Positions 9,324-19,159 are shown, numbered from the stretch's first letter. The stretch: DNA of 64,000 nt from Candidatus Iainarchaeum sp. (GCA_017610205.1 JAFCCL010000007.1:1-64000), one strand, 5' to 3'. The notes: generated by a model from the sequence alone, not told the origin. Numbers and translations are program-made.

Positions 9324-9913
9324 GTGCTGTGAAAATTAAGGCAGAGGAAGGCAAGGTCTTGGAAAAGACAGCAAACGGCAGAGGAAAAATTAGGCCAGAG
9401 CAAATTGTTAATGCTTTTGAGAAAAAGTTTGGAAAAAAGTTTAGTGCAAGAATTGAAACAAAAAAGCACAAGGCAAGAAAAATTGTTGTTGTGAAGATGG
9501 TTTGGGCAAAGATTGACAAAAGCCTGTTTAAAGAAGCTGTTGCATTCCTCTGTGAATTGTATCCAAGAGTACATTTTAGTGTTGCTTCAGGCTATGATTT
9601 GGGTAAAACAATTGAATTGATTTACCATTTTGCCATTGGGTTTGGCGGAAGCCTGGAGGAATTTTTGTTCAATTTAAAGGTTGTTTTGCCAAAAAAGGAT
9701 TTGGTTTTGGAAAGCATTACTGATTTGATTCCAGGAGCGCTTATTTCTGAACGGGAATTGCAGGAAATGCTTGGAGTAAAAATAAAGGGCATTCCTGATT
9801 CAAGAAGGCTGTTTTTGCCAAAAGAAATTCCAAAAGGGGTTTATCCTTTGAGAAGAGACAGCAAGGGCCCTGAAAAGCTTGTAAGAAATCTTAATGAGGC
9901 TGGTAAAAAATGA
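9320..9913 (+). CDS. mbhK: Mbh subunit K (NuoC-like)
   Basis: SITDLIPGA..ERELQEMLG..GIPD.RRLFLP..YPLR. Confidence 0.9.
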   Translation: MSAVKIKAEEGKVLEKTANGRGKIRPEQIVNAFEKKFGKKFSARIETKKHKARKIVVVKMVWAKIDKSLFKEAVAFLCELYPRVHFSVASGYDLGKTIELIYHFAIGFGGSLEEFLFNLKVVLPKKDLVLESITDLIPGALISERELQEMLGVKIKGIPDSRRLFLPKEIPKGVYPLRRDSKGPEKLVRNLNEAGKK

Positions 9914-11208
9914 ATTCTGGAAAAATTATTGAAAAAAAATACAGGGAACGGAAGCCTGATAAGCCTGTTAAGAAAAAAAGAGACAGGAAAAGCTATAGCC
10001 TTTCAATTGGCCCTATTCATCCAGCACTCAAGGAACCTGTAAGGTTTGATTTGAAAATTGAGGGAGAAAAGGTTGTAAATGTTGATTTTGAACTAAGCCA
10101 GGTGCATAGGGGAATTGAATGGGCAGGAACAAGAAGGAACCCTGTGCAAATTATTTACCTTGCAGAAAGGATTTGCGGAATTTGTAATATTTGCCATTCA
10201 GCATGCTTCTGTATTGCTGTTGAAAACATTGCAGGCATTGGGGTTCCGGCAAGAGCGCACTATATTAGAACAATTTATGGCGAGCTTGAAAGAATGCACT
10301 CGCATATTTTGTGGGCAGGAGTGGCAGCACACGAACTTGGCTTTGACAGCGTAATGTATTATACCTGGAAGGTCAGGGAAAAAGTTATGGATGTTATGGA
10401 AGCTCTTGCAGGAAACAGAATAACAAAGGGAATAATGATGATTGGAGGAGTAAGGCGTGACATTAAAGAAAAGCAGGTTCCAATGCTGAAAGAAGCCTTG
10501 GAGTATTACAAAAAAGGATTTGGAAAACTTGGGGATATTTTTCTAAAAGACCCGGTGATAAAATCAAGAACTGTTGACACAGGAATTTTAAGCAAGCAAG
10601 ACGGGCTTGCACTTTGTGCTGTTGGGCCAACAGCAAGGGCTTCAGGAATAAAAAAAGACGTAAGGCAGGATGCAGCATATGCAGCCTACTCTGATTTGGA
10701 TGTAAAAGCAATAACTCCAAAAAATCTTTTAGGAGAGGTTAAAGGAGATGTGTTTGACAGAATTGTGGTAAGGCTTTTGGAAGTAAAGCAGTCTGTTGAA
10801 ATAATAGAAGAGTGCCTTAAGCAGATGCCAAAGGGCAAAATAGTGTACGAGGAAAAAATTCCAAAGCTTTTGGCGGAATTAAGGTCTGTTGAAGGAGATG
10901 GCATTGGAAGAATTGAGGCTCCAAGAGGCGAAGTTATTCATTATGTTAAACTTGTTGGGGAGGAATCTCCTTTTTGCTGGAAGGTTAGAGCGCCAACATA
11001 CAACAATCTTTTGCCATGGGGCCCGATGTTGATGGGTGAACAGGTTGCAGACGTGCCAATAATTGCGGCTTCAACAGACCCGTGTATGTCGTGTACAAAC
11101 AGGGCGGTGGTAACCGATGGAAATAATGAAGAAGTTTTGGACAACGAAGCAATGCGCAGGCTTTCAGTTGAAAAAACAAATGCTTTGAAAAGGAGGGTTG
11201 GAAGATGA
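9910..11208 (+). CDS. mbhL: [NiFe]-hydrogenase large subunit (group 4, Mbh type)
   Basis: L1 ERICGIC and L2 DPCMSCTNR supply all four Ni-Fe cysteines; C-terminal extension for protease cleavage. Confidence 0.95.
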   Translation: MNSGKIIEKKYRERKPDKPVKKKRDRKSYSLSIGPIHPALKEPVRFDLKIEGEKVVNVDFELSQVHRGIEWAGTRRNPVQIIYLAERICGICNICHSACFCIAVENIAGIGVPARAHYIRTIYGELERMHSHILWAGVAAHELGFDSVMYYTWKVREKVMDVMEALAGNRITKGIMMIGGVRRDIKEKQVPMLKEALEYYKKGFGKLGDIFLKDPVIKSRTVDTGILSKQDGLALCAVGPTARASGIKKDVRQDAAYAAYSDLDVKAITPKNLLGEVKGDVFDRIVVRLLEVKQSVEIIEECLKQMPKGKIVYEEKIPKLLAELRSVEGDGIGRIEAPRGEVIHYVKLVGEESPFCWKVRAPTYNNLLPWGPMLMGEQVADVPIIAASTDPCMSCTNRAVVTDGNNEEVLDNEAMRRLSVEKTNALKRRVGR

Positions 11209-12203
11209 TTGAAGCTTTGCAGGCAATAGCATTGATTCCTGTTGTTGCAATTGTTGGAATTTTTATTAGTCTTTTGTTCAAGGGAATTGACAGAATTTTG
11301 GCGGCAAGAATGCAGGCAAGAATTGGACCGCCTTTAAGCCAGCCTTTTATTGATGTAAAAAAGCTTTTTATGAAAGAAAATATTGTTCCAAAAAATTCTG
11401 TTAAATGGCTTTTTGAAATTATGCCAATTGTTTCTTTAACAGCATCGCTTGTGGTCCTGCTTTATGTGCCATTGTTTGGATTTAAGCCATTGCTTGATGG
11501 CTATGGTGATTTAATTCTGGTAATTTATCTTTTTGCAATACCTTCACTTGCAATGGTTTTAGGAGGCTTTGCCTCATCTTCAAGATATGCAACAATAGGT
11601 GCGCAAAGGGAAATGGTTACAATGCTAAGCTACGAGTTTCCCTTGGCAATTTCAATTATTGCAATTGCATGGGTTATTTCAAAAACAGGGACGTGCATTC
11701 CTGCTTTTTCGCTTGGTACAATTTTTACAATTCCAGTATGGGGCCTTGTTGGACCAATTGGATTTTTGGGATTGGTTCTTTTGTCGCTGGTAATGTTATT
11801 TGTGATGCCTGGAGAAATTGGTACAGTTCCATTTGATGCGCCTGAAGCTGAAACAGAAATTGGAGGCGGGGTTTTAACAGAGTACAGTGGCAGAAATCTT
11901 GCTCTTTTTTATATTTCGTCTTCGGTAAAAACAATTGCGTTTGCAGCGCTTATTGTTGCATTGATTATACCGTGGAATATTTCAAACATATTATTGCTTG
12001 GTGGAACAGGGGCAATTGTGGCAGACGCTTTGTTTTTCCTGGCAAAATTGTTTATTGTTGTGTTCGTTGGCTCAACTTTTGTAAGAGTTGCAATAGCAAG
12101 ATTTAGAATAACACAAATTGTAAAAATTTACTGGGGATATGCAAGCCTTGCAGCTCTCTTTGGGCTTTTGCTTATTGCAATTGACTTAAGTTGGATGGTG
12201 TGA
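11205..12203 (+). CDS. mbhM: Mbh subunit M (NuoH-like)
   Basis: DRILAARMQARIGPP..PFDAPEAETE..TEYSG. Confidence 0.93.
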   Translation: MIEALQAIALIPVVAIVGIFISLLFKGIDRILAARMQARIGPPLSQPFIDVKKLFMKENIVPKNSVKWLFEIMPIVSLTASLVVLLYVPLFGFKPLLDGYGDLILVIYLFAIPSLAMVLGGFASSSRYATIGAQREMVTMLSYEFPLAISIIAIAWVISKTGTCIPAFSLGTIFTIPVWGLVGPIGFLGLVLLSLVMLFVMPGEIGTVPFDAPEAETEIGGGVLTEYSGRNLALFYISSSVKTIAFAALIVALIIPWNISNILLLGGTGAIVADALFFLAKLFIVVFVGSTFVRVAIARFRITQIVKIYWGYASLAALFGLLLIAIDLSWMV

Positions 12204-12254
12204 AAATGTTTGGCGGCAAAATGGTTTTGAAGAAATTGAATGGAGGTGCATGAA

Positions 12255-12632
12255 ATGTTTGAAATGGCAAAAGAATTATTGAAACAGTTGTTCAGAAAGC
12301 CTTTTACTAACAGGTTTCCGTCAAAGCATGTGCCAAAGTCAACCACAAAGCTTTTGAAAAATGTTAAGGAAGGAATGGCAAAAGTAAACCGACCTGTTCC
12401 AATTCCCGAAGGGTTTAGGGGAAAAATTGCTTATGATAAAGAAAAATGCATTGGCTGCAAGCTCTGCATAAAAGTATGTCCTGCAAACTGCTATGATTTT
12501 CTTGAAAAAGAACGCAAGGTAAAATACCATTTGTCAAGATGCACTTTTTGTGCACAGTGTGTTGATGTCTGCCCAGTAAATGCTTTGACTTCAACAAAGG
12601 AATTTCTTTTATCAGATTACAAAACGCATTAA
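12255..12632 (+). CDS. mbhN: Mbh subunit N, 2[4Fe-4S] (NuoI-like)
   Basis: CIGCKLCIKVCP and CTFCAQCVDVCP; ATG 12255 follows SD ggaggtg. Confidence 0.93.
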   Translation: MFEMAKELLKQLFRKPFTNRFPSKHVPKSTTKLLKNVKEGMAKVNRPVPIPEGFRGKIAYDKEKCIGCKLCIKVCPANCYDFLEKERKVKYHLSRCTFCAQCVDVCPVNALTSTKEFLLSDYKTH

Positions 12633-13084
12633 TTGTCAAAAACTTCAATCTCATCCCAGGCTTCTCTTGAAATTATTTCAAGAAGTTTTTTCTTTGCTAT
12701 TTCAACTTGAGGCGATAAAGATTCAACAAGCATTATTTTGCCTGGTTGGACTCCGATAAAAATAATTTTTTCAGCGCTTTTTTCAAGCCTTTCAACAAGA
12801 TGCCTTAAAGGCATTCCGTGTGTTCCGACAACTGCGGAATTAAGCATTTCTTTTTGCAAAAGCCTGAATTTTCCTGCGGCAAGACCCATGACTGCAGCAT
12901 CAACTATTACAAGAAGTTTTGGTTTTTCCTTTTCAACAACACCTGCAAAGTTTTCAGGAACTGTTTCGCAAGGAAGAGAAAGCCAGCTCTCTTTTTTGGT
13001 TTTCTGAAAATCCGATGCGATTTTTGTGCCAATGCCATCATCGCCCTGCAGCTCGCTCCCAATTCCCATTAAGATTTTTTCCAA
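12629..13084 (-). CDS. hycI: Hydrogenase maturation endopeptidase
   Basis: GIGSELQGDDGIG, ETVPEN, IVDAA, THGMPL. Confidence 0.9.
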   Translation of the reverse strand: MEKILMGIGSELQGDDGIGTKIASDFQKTKKESWLSLPCETVPENFAGVVEKEKPKLLVIVDAAVMGLAAGKFRLLQKEMLNSAVVGTHGMPLRHLVERLEKSAEKIIFIGVQPGKIMLVESLSPQVEIAKKKLLEIISREAWDEIEVFDN

Positions 13085-13107
13085 AAATATTCACCTGACC
13101 AAACATT

Positions 13108-13485
13108 TCATTTAAATTCCAATGCAAATATCAGAACTTCGTTTCCTTTGGCAATTTCAAAATCATGGCTTTTGCATTTTGGACAATGCATTTCAAAAGT
13201 TCCAAGATGAGCCATTTCGTGTGTTACATTGAAATCCGAAACCTTGCCGGAAAAGCCGCATTTGCAGTTTATTTCAGGACAAATTTCTTTCACTTTAATT
13301 TTTGTCTTCAAATCAGGACCAAATTCTTTTTTGAGCATTTCTTCAAGCCAAAATTTGACATTGTCAGCCTGAATATTTTTTAATGCACCTATTCCAACCT
13401 CAAGCTTTATCTCCTTTGGCTTTTTGCCTTTGGCTTCTTTAACAACTGCGTCTAAAATTCCTTGAATTACTGCAATATCATGCAT
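13108..13485 (-). CDS. hypA: Hydrogenase nickel metallochaperone
   Basis: MHD start, LEVGIG, CKC and CPKC Zn ligands, GNE. Confidence 0.88.
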   Translation of the reverse strand: MHDIAVIQGILDAVVKEAKGKKPKEIKLEVGIGALKNIQADNVKFWLEEMLKKEFGPDLKTKIKVKEICPEINCKCGFSGKVSDFNVTHEMAHLGTFEMHCPKCKSHDFEIAKGNEVLIFALEFK

Positions 13486-13514
13486 TTAATTACCTTCCAT
13501 TCAAAAACAAACAG

Positions 13515-13982
13515 TCACTGCAGTTGTTCAACTGCGGTAATGAGTGAACCTGTGCAAATTTCAGTAGGGTTTTCCATTGAAAGCAAATCTGTTCCGCCAA
13601 TGGCATCTTGTGGAATGTTGCAAAGCATGTCCTTGCCTTTAAGGGTTTTAAACTGCTCTTGCAGTTGATCAAACAATTCCTGCTCTGAGGAATCTAACGG
13701 CACGTCAAGTGTTTTCATCTCAAATTTTGTCACTTTAAGATAGAAGATACAGTTATCGCCTACAGGTCCCCTGATTTCAGAGTACAATTCCATAATGCTT
13801 GATTCGTCTTCACGGGATATTGTTACCTTTGCAGGTTCACATGATTGCGTTGCTTCCTCAAAACAGGCAGGGTCTGAACCACAGTCCTTTAAAGCTGCAG
13901 ATGTTGTTCCATCAGGTGCAATGCAGCCTGAAAGAATTAAAGAAACAACCAGCAAAATAGCTATTGTAAAAACTTTTTTCAT
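13515..13982 (-). CDS. Putative lipoprotein/surface protein with Cys pairs
   Basis: Signal peptide with LSGC lipobox-like motif; DCGSDPACF, CEP and ICTG. Confidence 0.7.
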   Translation of the reverse strand: MKKVFTIAILLVVSLILSGCIAPDGTTSAALKDCGSDPACFEEATQSCEPAKVTISREDESSIMELYSEIRGPVGDNCIFYLKVTKFEMKTLDVPLDSSEQELFDQLQEQFKTLKGKDMLCNIPQDAIGGTDLLSMENPTEICTGSLITAVEQLQ

Positions 13983-14109
13983 CTAAATAATAAGATATGT
14001 TGTTATTTAAATATTTACTTTTTTACCCTATTTTGCAGAAAAAAAAGTAACTGCCTTTTTATAGTTCAGTTCCTTTTAATTAACTGAAGAATAATAATGA
14101 GGCGTTTTT

Positions 14110-16266
14110 GTGAAAGGGCTGCAAAAGCTATTTGATCCAAAATCCATTGCAGTTATTGGTGCAAGCAATGAACAGGGAAGCATTGGCCTTTCACTGATGA
14201 AAAACCTTGTTGGAAGCGGGTATAAGGGAACTGTTTATCCTGTAAACCCAAATAGAAAAAATGTCTTTGGAATCAGGTGCTACAAAAGCGTTTTGACTCT
14301 CCCTGAAGAAATTGATCTTGCAATTGTTGCAACTCATGCAAAAATAGTTCCAATAATTATAAAACAGTGCATTAAAGCAAAAACCAAATCAATTATTGTT
14401 GTCAGTTCAGGGTTTGGAGAAATTGGCAAAGAAGGAAAAATGCTTGAAAAGGAAGTTAAAAAAATTCTCAGGGGGACAGGAGTAAGATTGCTTGGGCCAA
14501 ATTGCCTTGGCTATATCAGAACCGATAAAAAAATCAATGCAAGTTTTGCAATAAGAAATGCATTGCCTGGAAAGATTGCACTAATAAGCCAAAGCGGAGC
14601 ACTTTGCTCAGGCATTCTTGACTGGGCCTTGAAACAAAATGTCGGATTCAAATATTTTATTTCAATTGGTGCAATGCTGGACGTTGATTTTTCAGATTTA
14701 ATAGAATTTATTCAAAAGGACAAAAAGGTAGAAAGCATTGCAGTGTATATGGAAACAATCAAAGACGCAAAAGCATTTATGAAGGCGGCAACAAAGTTTT
14801 CAAAAAAAAGACCAATTATTGTTGCAAAATCAGGAAGGTTTGATGAAAGCGCAAGGGCAGCCATTTCCCATACAGGAAGCATGGCAGGAGATGATGAGGT
14901 TTTTGATGCAGCCTTTGAAAGAGCAGGCATTGTTAGAGTTGAAAATATACAGGAGTTGGTAGGATGCAGCCAGGCTCTTGCAAAACAGCCGCTTCCAAAA
15001 GGAAACAGGATTGCAATAATAACAAATGCCGGAGGACCAGGAGTGATGGCAACAGATGCAATAATTCAAAGAAAATGCAAGCTTGCACATCTTTCAAAAA
15101 GGGCGATGAAGGCACTTGAAAAGGAAATGCCAATGCATTGGAGCAGGGGAAATCCAATTGATTTGCTTGGTGATGCAGGACCAGACAGATACAAAAAAGC
15201 AATTGAAATAGTTTTGAAGGAAAAAAATGTTGACGGAATTGTAGTTATCCTTAGCCCGCAGGCAATTTCAAAGCCAGTAGAGGTTGCAAAAGCAATTGCT
15301 GAAAAGATAAGCGGTACAAGCAAAACTGTTTTGGCATGCTGGTTTGGTGAAAACTTTGTAGAAAAAGGCCGAGAGATTTTAAGAAAAATGAATGTGCCGT
15401 GCTATAGAACGCCTGAATCAGCAATAAGGGTTTTCAGTTATATGAACAGCTACCGGGAAAATATCAAAAATTTGTATGAAGCGCCTGTTGAAACAGAACT
15501 AAAAGTTAAACCAGATAAGGAAAAAATAAACGGAATTATAGCAAGTTATTTGAAAAGGGGACAAATTGTTGTTAACGAAATAGACAGCAAAGAAATACTC
15601 CGAGAATATGGGATTCCTATAAACAAAACATTTCTTTCAAAAAATGCAAAGCAGGCAGTTAAAGAAGCAGAACAAATTGGTTTTCCTGTGGCAATGAAAG
15701 TTGTTTCAGACGAAATAACTCACAAGACAGATATTGGAGGTGTAGCATTAAACATTGTGTCAAAAAAAGAGGTTGAATCACAATTTAAGAAAATAATTAA
15801 AAACGCGAAAAGGGTTAGGGGAGCAAAAATCAAGGGAGTTAGTGTTCAGAAAATGATTGAGGCAGGAAACATTGAATTGATTATTGGAAAAAAGAACGAC
15901 AGTGTTTTTGGGGCGGTTATAATTTTTGGAACAGGAGGAATTGCAACCGAAATATTCAAAGACAAAAGCATTGGGCTTCCGCCACTTAACCAAAATCTTG
16001 CACGCAGGATGATAAAAAATACAAAGGTTAACAAACTTCTTAACAGTCCAAGAATCAGACTAAAGGCAGATGTTTCAGAAATTACAGGAATACTTACCAG
16101 ATTTTCACATTTTGTGGTGGACTTTCCAGAAGTTGAAGAGGTTGACATCAATCCAATCATTGTTTCAAAAGGAAAATTTTATGCTGTCGACGCAAGAATG
16201 GTTTTAACAAGGCATGCAAAAAAGGGTTTTGAACACCTTGCAATAATGCCAAGCAGAAAAAAATAG
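14110..16266 (+). CDS. Acetate-CoA ligase (ADP-forming), fused alpha/beta
   Basis: PKSIAVIGAS, LGPNCLG, SQSG, SHTG (phospho-His), TNAGGPG, HKTDIGGV, DINP. Confidence 0.9.
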   Translation: MKGLQKLFDPKSIAVIGASNEQGSIGLSLMKNLVGSGYKGTVYPVNPNRKNVFGIRCYKSVLTLPEEIDLAIVATHAKIVPIIIKQCIKAKTKSIIVVSSGFGEIGKEGKMLEKEVKKILRGTGVRLLGPNCLGYIRTDKKINASFAIRNALPGKIALISQSGALCSGILDWALKQNVGFKYFISIGAMLDVDFSDLIEFIQKDKKVESIAVYMETIKDAKAFMKAATKFSKKRPIIVAKSGRFDESARAAISHTGSMAGDDEVFDAAFERAGIVRVENIQELVGCSQALAKQPLPKGNRIAIITNAGGPGVMATDAIIQRKCKLAHLSKRAMKALEKEMPMHWSRGNPIDLLGDAGPDRYKKAIEIVLKEKNVDGIVVILSPQAISKPVEVAKAIAEKISGTSKTVLACWFGENFVEKGREILRKMNVPCYRTPESAIRVFSYMNSYRENIKNLYEAPVETELKVKPDKEKINGIIASYLKRGQIVVNEIDSKEILREYGIPINKTFLSKNAKQAVKEAEQIGFPVAMKVVSDEITHKTDIGGVALNIVSKKEVESQFKKIIKNAKRVRGAKIKGVSVQKMIEAGNIELIIGKKNDSVFGAVIIFGTGGIATEIFKDKSIGLPPLNQNLARRMIKNTKVNKLLNSPRIRLKADVSEITGILTRFSHFVVDFPEVEEVDINPIIVSKGKFYAVDARMVLTRHAKKGFEHLAIMPSRKK

Positions 16267-16914
16267 CTAGCTTTCCTTAACCTCAAAGCACTCGCAGTAA
16301 TCTCCCAATCCTGATATTATTCCGCGAAACCTGTTCAGGCATTTAACAGCTTTGTCATACCTGATGTCTTTTGTCTGGCTTTTAAAGCATTTGATGGCTT
16401 TAACTTTTTTTGAAATGGTTTTTGAAATGTCCTCAAAGTGTGCTGGTTTCTGTATTGGCGTCCAGATTTCATAGCACAAAACCTCTTTTACATCCCATGG
16501 CTTTCCGGTCCCCTTAAGCCAGGGCCCGCTTGCTTTCCACACAGAATCAAAAACAAGTTCTGACGTTACCCTGTGGTCCCTGTGCTGGTCTTTTGCATAA
16601 GGACAAATTACAAGCTCTGGTTTTTCTTTTCTGATAATTGAAACAATTTTCTGAAGGTTTTTTTTGTCAAATTCAAGAAAGCCGTCAGGATTCCTAAGAA
16701 AAATTGTCTTCTTCACGCCCAAAATTCTCGCGGATTTTTTTGCCTCTGCTTCCCTTTGCCTTGCAAGCTTTTTTTCAGAAATTTTTATGCTTCCGCTTTC
16801 ACCAGAAGTCAGGTAAACAATTGCAATTTTGTTTTTTTTAGTCAGGTTGGCAATTGTGCCACCGCAGCCGATTGCTGCATCGTCAGGATGTGGTGCAAAT
16901 ACAAGCACATTCAT
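16267..16914 (-). CDS. PIG-L/LmbE-family deacetylase
   Basis: PHPDD, TSGE, R..EA, D.H.DH; start reassigned to ATG 16914. Confidence 0.88.
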   Translation of the reverse strand: MNVLVFAPHPDDAAIGCGGTIANLTKKNKIAIVYLTSGESGSIKISEKKLARQREAEAKKSARILGVKKTIFLRNPDGFLEFDKKNLQKIVSIIRKEKPELVICPYAKDQHRDHRVTSELVFDSVWKASGPWLKGTGKPWDVKEVLCYEIWTPIQKPAHFEDISKTISKKVKAIKCFKSQTKDIRYDKAVKCLNRFRGIISGLGDYCECFEVKES

Positions 16915-17002
16915 GGCAGAATAAACTGTTTCAAAACATTTAATGCTTTCGGAAACAGACAAACACAATGATTAAAAAGGACTTTGCGCTTTCTTAATTA
17001 AA

Positions 17003-18058
17003 ATGATTGAATGGCTTTCTGCACCTAATTATTGGGAGAATTCCCTTGCACAAATTATTCTTTTTTTTGCATGCATTGTGCTGTCTGTTATTATTGGAAA
17101 AGTAATTTATTATATGATTAAGACAAGGGCAAGAGAGGTTACAAAGAAAAGCGAGTCAAAAATTGACGACCTGTTTTTGCATACAATTGAAAAGCCGCTG
17201 ATTTTTTTCCTTATAATGATAGGAATAGGAATTGGCCTTAATGTTCTGACAATTACCGAAAACATGCGTCCAATAGTTGATGCAATTTCCAACATTTTGA
17301 TTACAGTTGGAGCCGCGTGGATTGTAATAAACCTTATTGACGCAGTAATAAAGCTTTACTTTATGCCATTGGCTGAGACAACAGACACAAGGCTTGACGA
17401 CCAGCTTATTCCTATTGCAAGCAAGGTTATGAAATGGCTTGTTATAATTTTTGCATTTCTGATAATAGTAAACAGTTTTGGATATGACATAACAGCAATC
17501 CTTGCAGGGCTTGGAATAGGAGGTCTTGCATTTGCGTTTGCAGCAAAGGAAACAATTGCCGACATGTTTGGAGGGCTAAGCATTCTTATAAGCAAGCCGT
17601 TTATGGTAGGAGACTGGATTGACTTTGACGGAACAGTTGGACAGGTTGAAAAAGTAAGCTTAAGGCATACAACAATCAGAAACCTTGACAAAAGAGAGGT
17701 AAGTGTTCCAAACAGTAAGATTTCAAAAAGCTCAGTTATAAACATTAGTTCTGCTCCGTCAAGAAAAATCATTATTAATCTGGGTCTTACCTATGAAACA
17801 CCTGTGAAGAAAATAAACAAGGCAATAGAGCTTGTAACAGGCATTATCAACAACCACAAGGACTGTGAAAATTACCCAATTGTGCAGTTTTCCGAATTCA
17901 AGGACAGTTCACTAAATCTCCTTGTAATCTACTATGCAGACAACAAAAAATGGTTTGCTGCAAGGCACGACATAAACATGTCAATAAAAGAAGCTTTTGA
18001 AAAGGCAAAAATAGACTTTGCATATCCAACGCAAACGATTTACACAGCAAAAGCCTGA
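17003..18058 (+). CDS. mscS: Small-conductance mechanosensitive channel
   Basis: LAGLGIGGLAFAFAA, PFMVGDWI, VPNS, AYPT. Confidence 0.92.
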   Translation: MIEWLSAPNYWENSLAQIILFFACIVLSVIIGKVIYYMIKTRAREVTKKSESKIDDLFLHTIEKPLIFFLIMIGIGIGLNVLTITENMRPIVDAISNILITVGAAWIVINLIDAVIKLYFMPLAETTDTRLDDQLIPIASKVMKWLVIIFAFLIIVNSFGYDITAILAGLGIGGLAFAFAAKETIADMFGGLSILISKPFMVGDWIDFDGTVGQVEKVSLRHTTIRNLDKREVSVPNSKISKSSVINISSAPSRKIIINLGLTYETPVKKINKAIELVTGIINNHKDCENYPIVQFSEFKDSSLNLLVIYYADNKKWFAARHDINMSIKEAFEKAKIDFAYPTQTIYTAKA

Positions 18059-18069
18059 ATAAAAGGAAA

Positions 18070-18117
18070 CCAGGCGCAAATCCGGGAGGCGGGATTACAC
18101 AATCACGCCGGACGGCA
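18070..18117 (+). repeat. Dispersed repeat, copy 2: degenerate tRNA T-arm, acceptor 3' strand and trailer upstream of a TA operon
   Basis: ccagg-cgcaaat-ccggg T-arm-like hairpin, then a match to 214-247; weaker relative at 19043-19075. Confidence 0.7.
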
Positions 18118-18153
18118 GTATATTTATAAACTGTTTACATTACAATATAATGT

Positions 18154-18690
18154 ATGACAAGATTGCTTGTTATTAGCGACAGCAGTTCATTAATCATTGG
18201 AACCAAAGCAGGATTGTTGGATGTGATATGTGAAGAATTTGAGGTTGAAATCCCTGAAAAGGTTTTTGAAGAAACGGTCGTGGCAGGAAAAGAGTTACAG
18301 AAAATTGATGCGTTAAGGATAGAGGAAGCAATTGAAGAAAACAAAATCGTGATTAGAAAAACAGAACCTTTGAAAAAAAGTAAAGCGAGCAAGTGGTTAA
18401 GCCAACTTAATTTGGATAAAGGAGAAACAGAGGCCATAAAATTGTACCTTCAAACAAACGCAAAATTACTATTGGTTGATGACAGACAGGCAATAAACGC
18501 AGCAAAGTTGCTTGAAATAAACTGGGCAACAATCCCGGACATTATCGTTGGCTTTGCTGAAAGGAAAAAAATCTCAAGAGAGAAAGCATTAGAAGCATTA
18601 AAGATTGCCCAAAGGGAAGGAAGATACAAAATTGGTTTTATTCTTAAAGCATTTACCAAAATTGAAGAACTCAAAGGAGGGAAAAAATGA
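18154..18690 (+). CDS. PIN-domain (DUF3368-like) toxin
   Basis: VISDSSSLI, VFEE, LDKGETEAI, LLVDD. Confidence 0.85.
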   Translation: MTRLLVISDSSSLIIGTKAGLLDVICEEFEVEIPEKVFEETVVAGKELQKIDALRIEEAIEENKIVIRKTEPLKKSKASKWLSQLNLDKGETEAIKLYLQTNAKLLLVDDRQAINAAKLLEINWATIPDIIVGFAERKKISREKALEALKIAQREGRYKIGFILKAFTKIEELKGGKK

Positions 18691-19001
18691 AAACAGAACT
18701 CGTTTCCGCAAGGTTTGAGAAGAAGGACACTGCATTGATAGAAGAAGTTGCCAGAGAAGAAAAAACAGACAAAACCACAGCGCTAAAAAGAATATTTGTA
18801 CTTGGCGCAAAACAATACAAGCTAGAAAAAGCAATAAAACAGTACCAAGAAGGGAAGATAAGCCTGGGCAAAGCAGCAGAAAATGCAGGAACAAGCCTCT
18901 GGGAAATAATGGATGAACTAAAAGAAAGAAACATATCAAACCCGCTAAGCGAAGAAGAATTTAAAGAAGGGCTCAAAAACCTTGAAAAGGTTTGGAAATG
19001 A
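18687..19001 (+). CDS. UPF0175-family antitoxin
   Basis: AIKQYQEGKISLGKAAENAGTSLWE; ATGA overlap with the PIN gene. Confidence 0.85.
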   Translation: MKTELVSARFEKKDTALIEEVAREEKTDKTTALKRIFVLGAKQYKLEKAIKQYQEGKISLGKAAENAGTSLWEIMDELKERNISNPLSEEEFKEGLKNLEKVWK

Positions 19002-19159
19002 AGAAGCCACAAACCACTAACTACCTACTACCCACTAAAGCCCCTGTGTGCAAATCCTGGAAGGGCAGAAATCACTACTTTTTTAAACTCTTAAATGCAG
19101 TATTGTTTTGGTTGAAATGTTGAAGACCACTGATTACAGGAATTTAACAACAAAGCATT

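Noticed and set aside
9910-11208. Selenocysteine or stop-codon recoding
   Set aside because: No in-frame TGA/TAG; all ligands are Cys and the standard code gives full-length genes throughout
8895-12632. Complex I or Mbx/Mbs sulfur reductase instead of a hydrogenase
   Set aside because: The large subunit keeps both CxxC Ni-Fe motifs, and hycI and hypA are adjacent
18070-18117. Intact tRNA gene
   Set aside because: Only a degenerate T-arm and 3' strand; no D-arm or anticodon arm upstream
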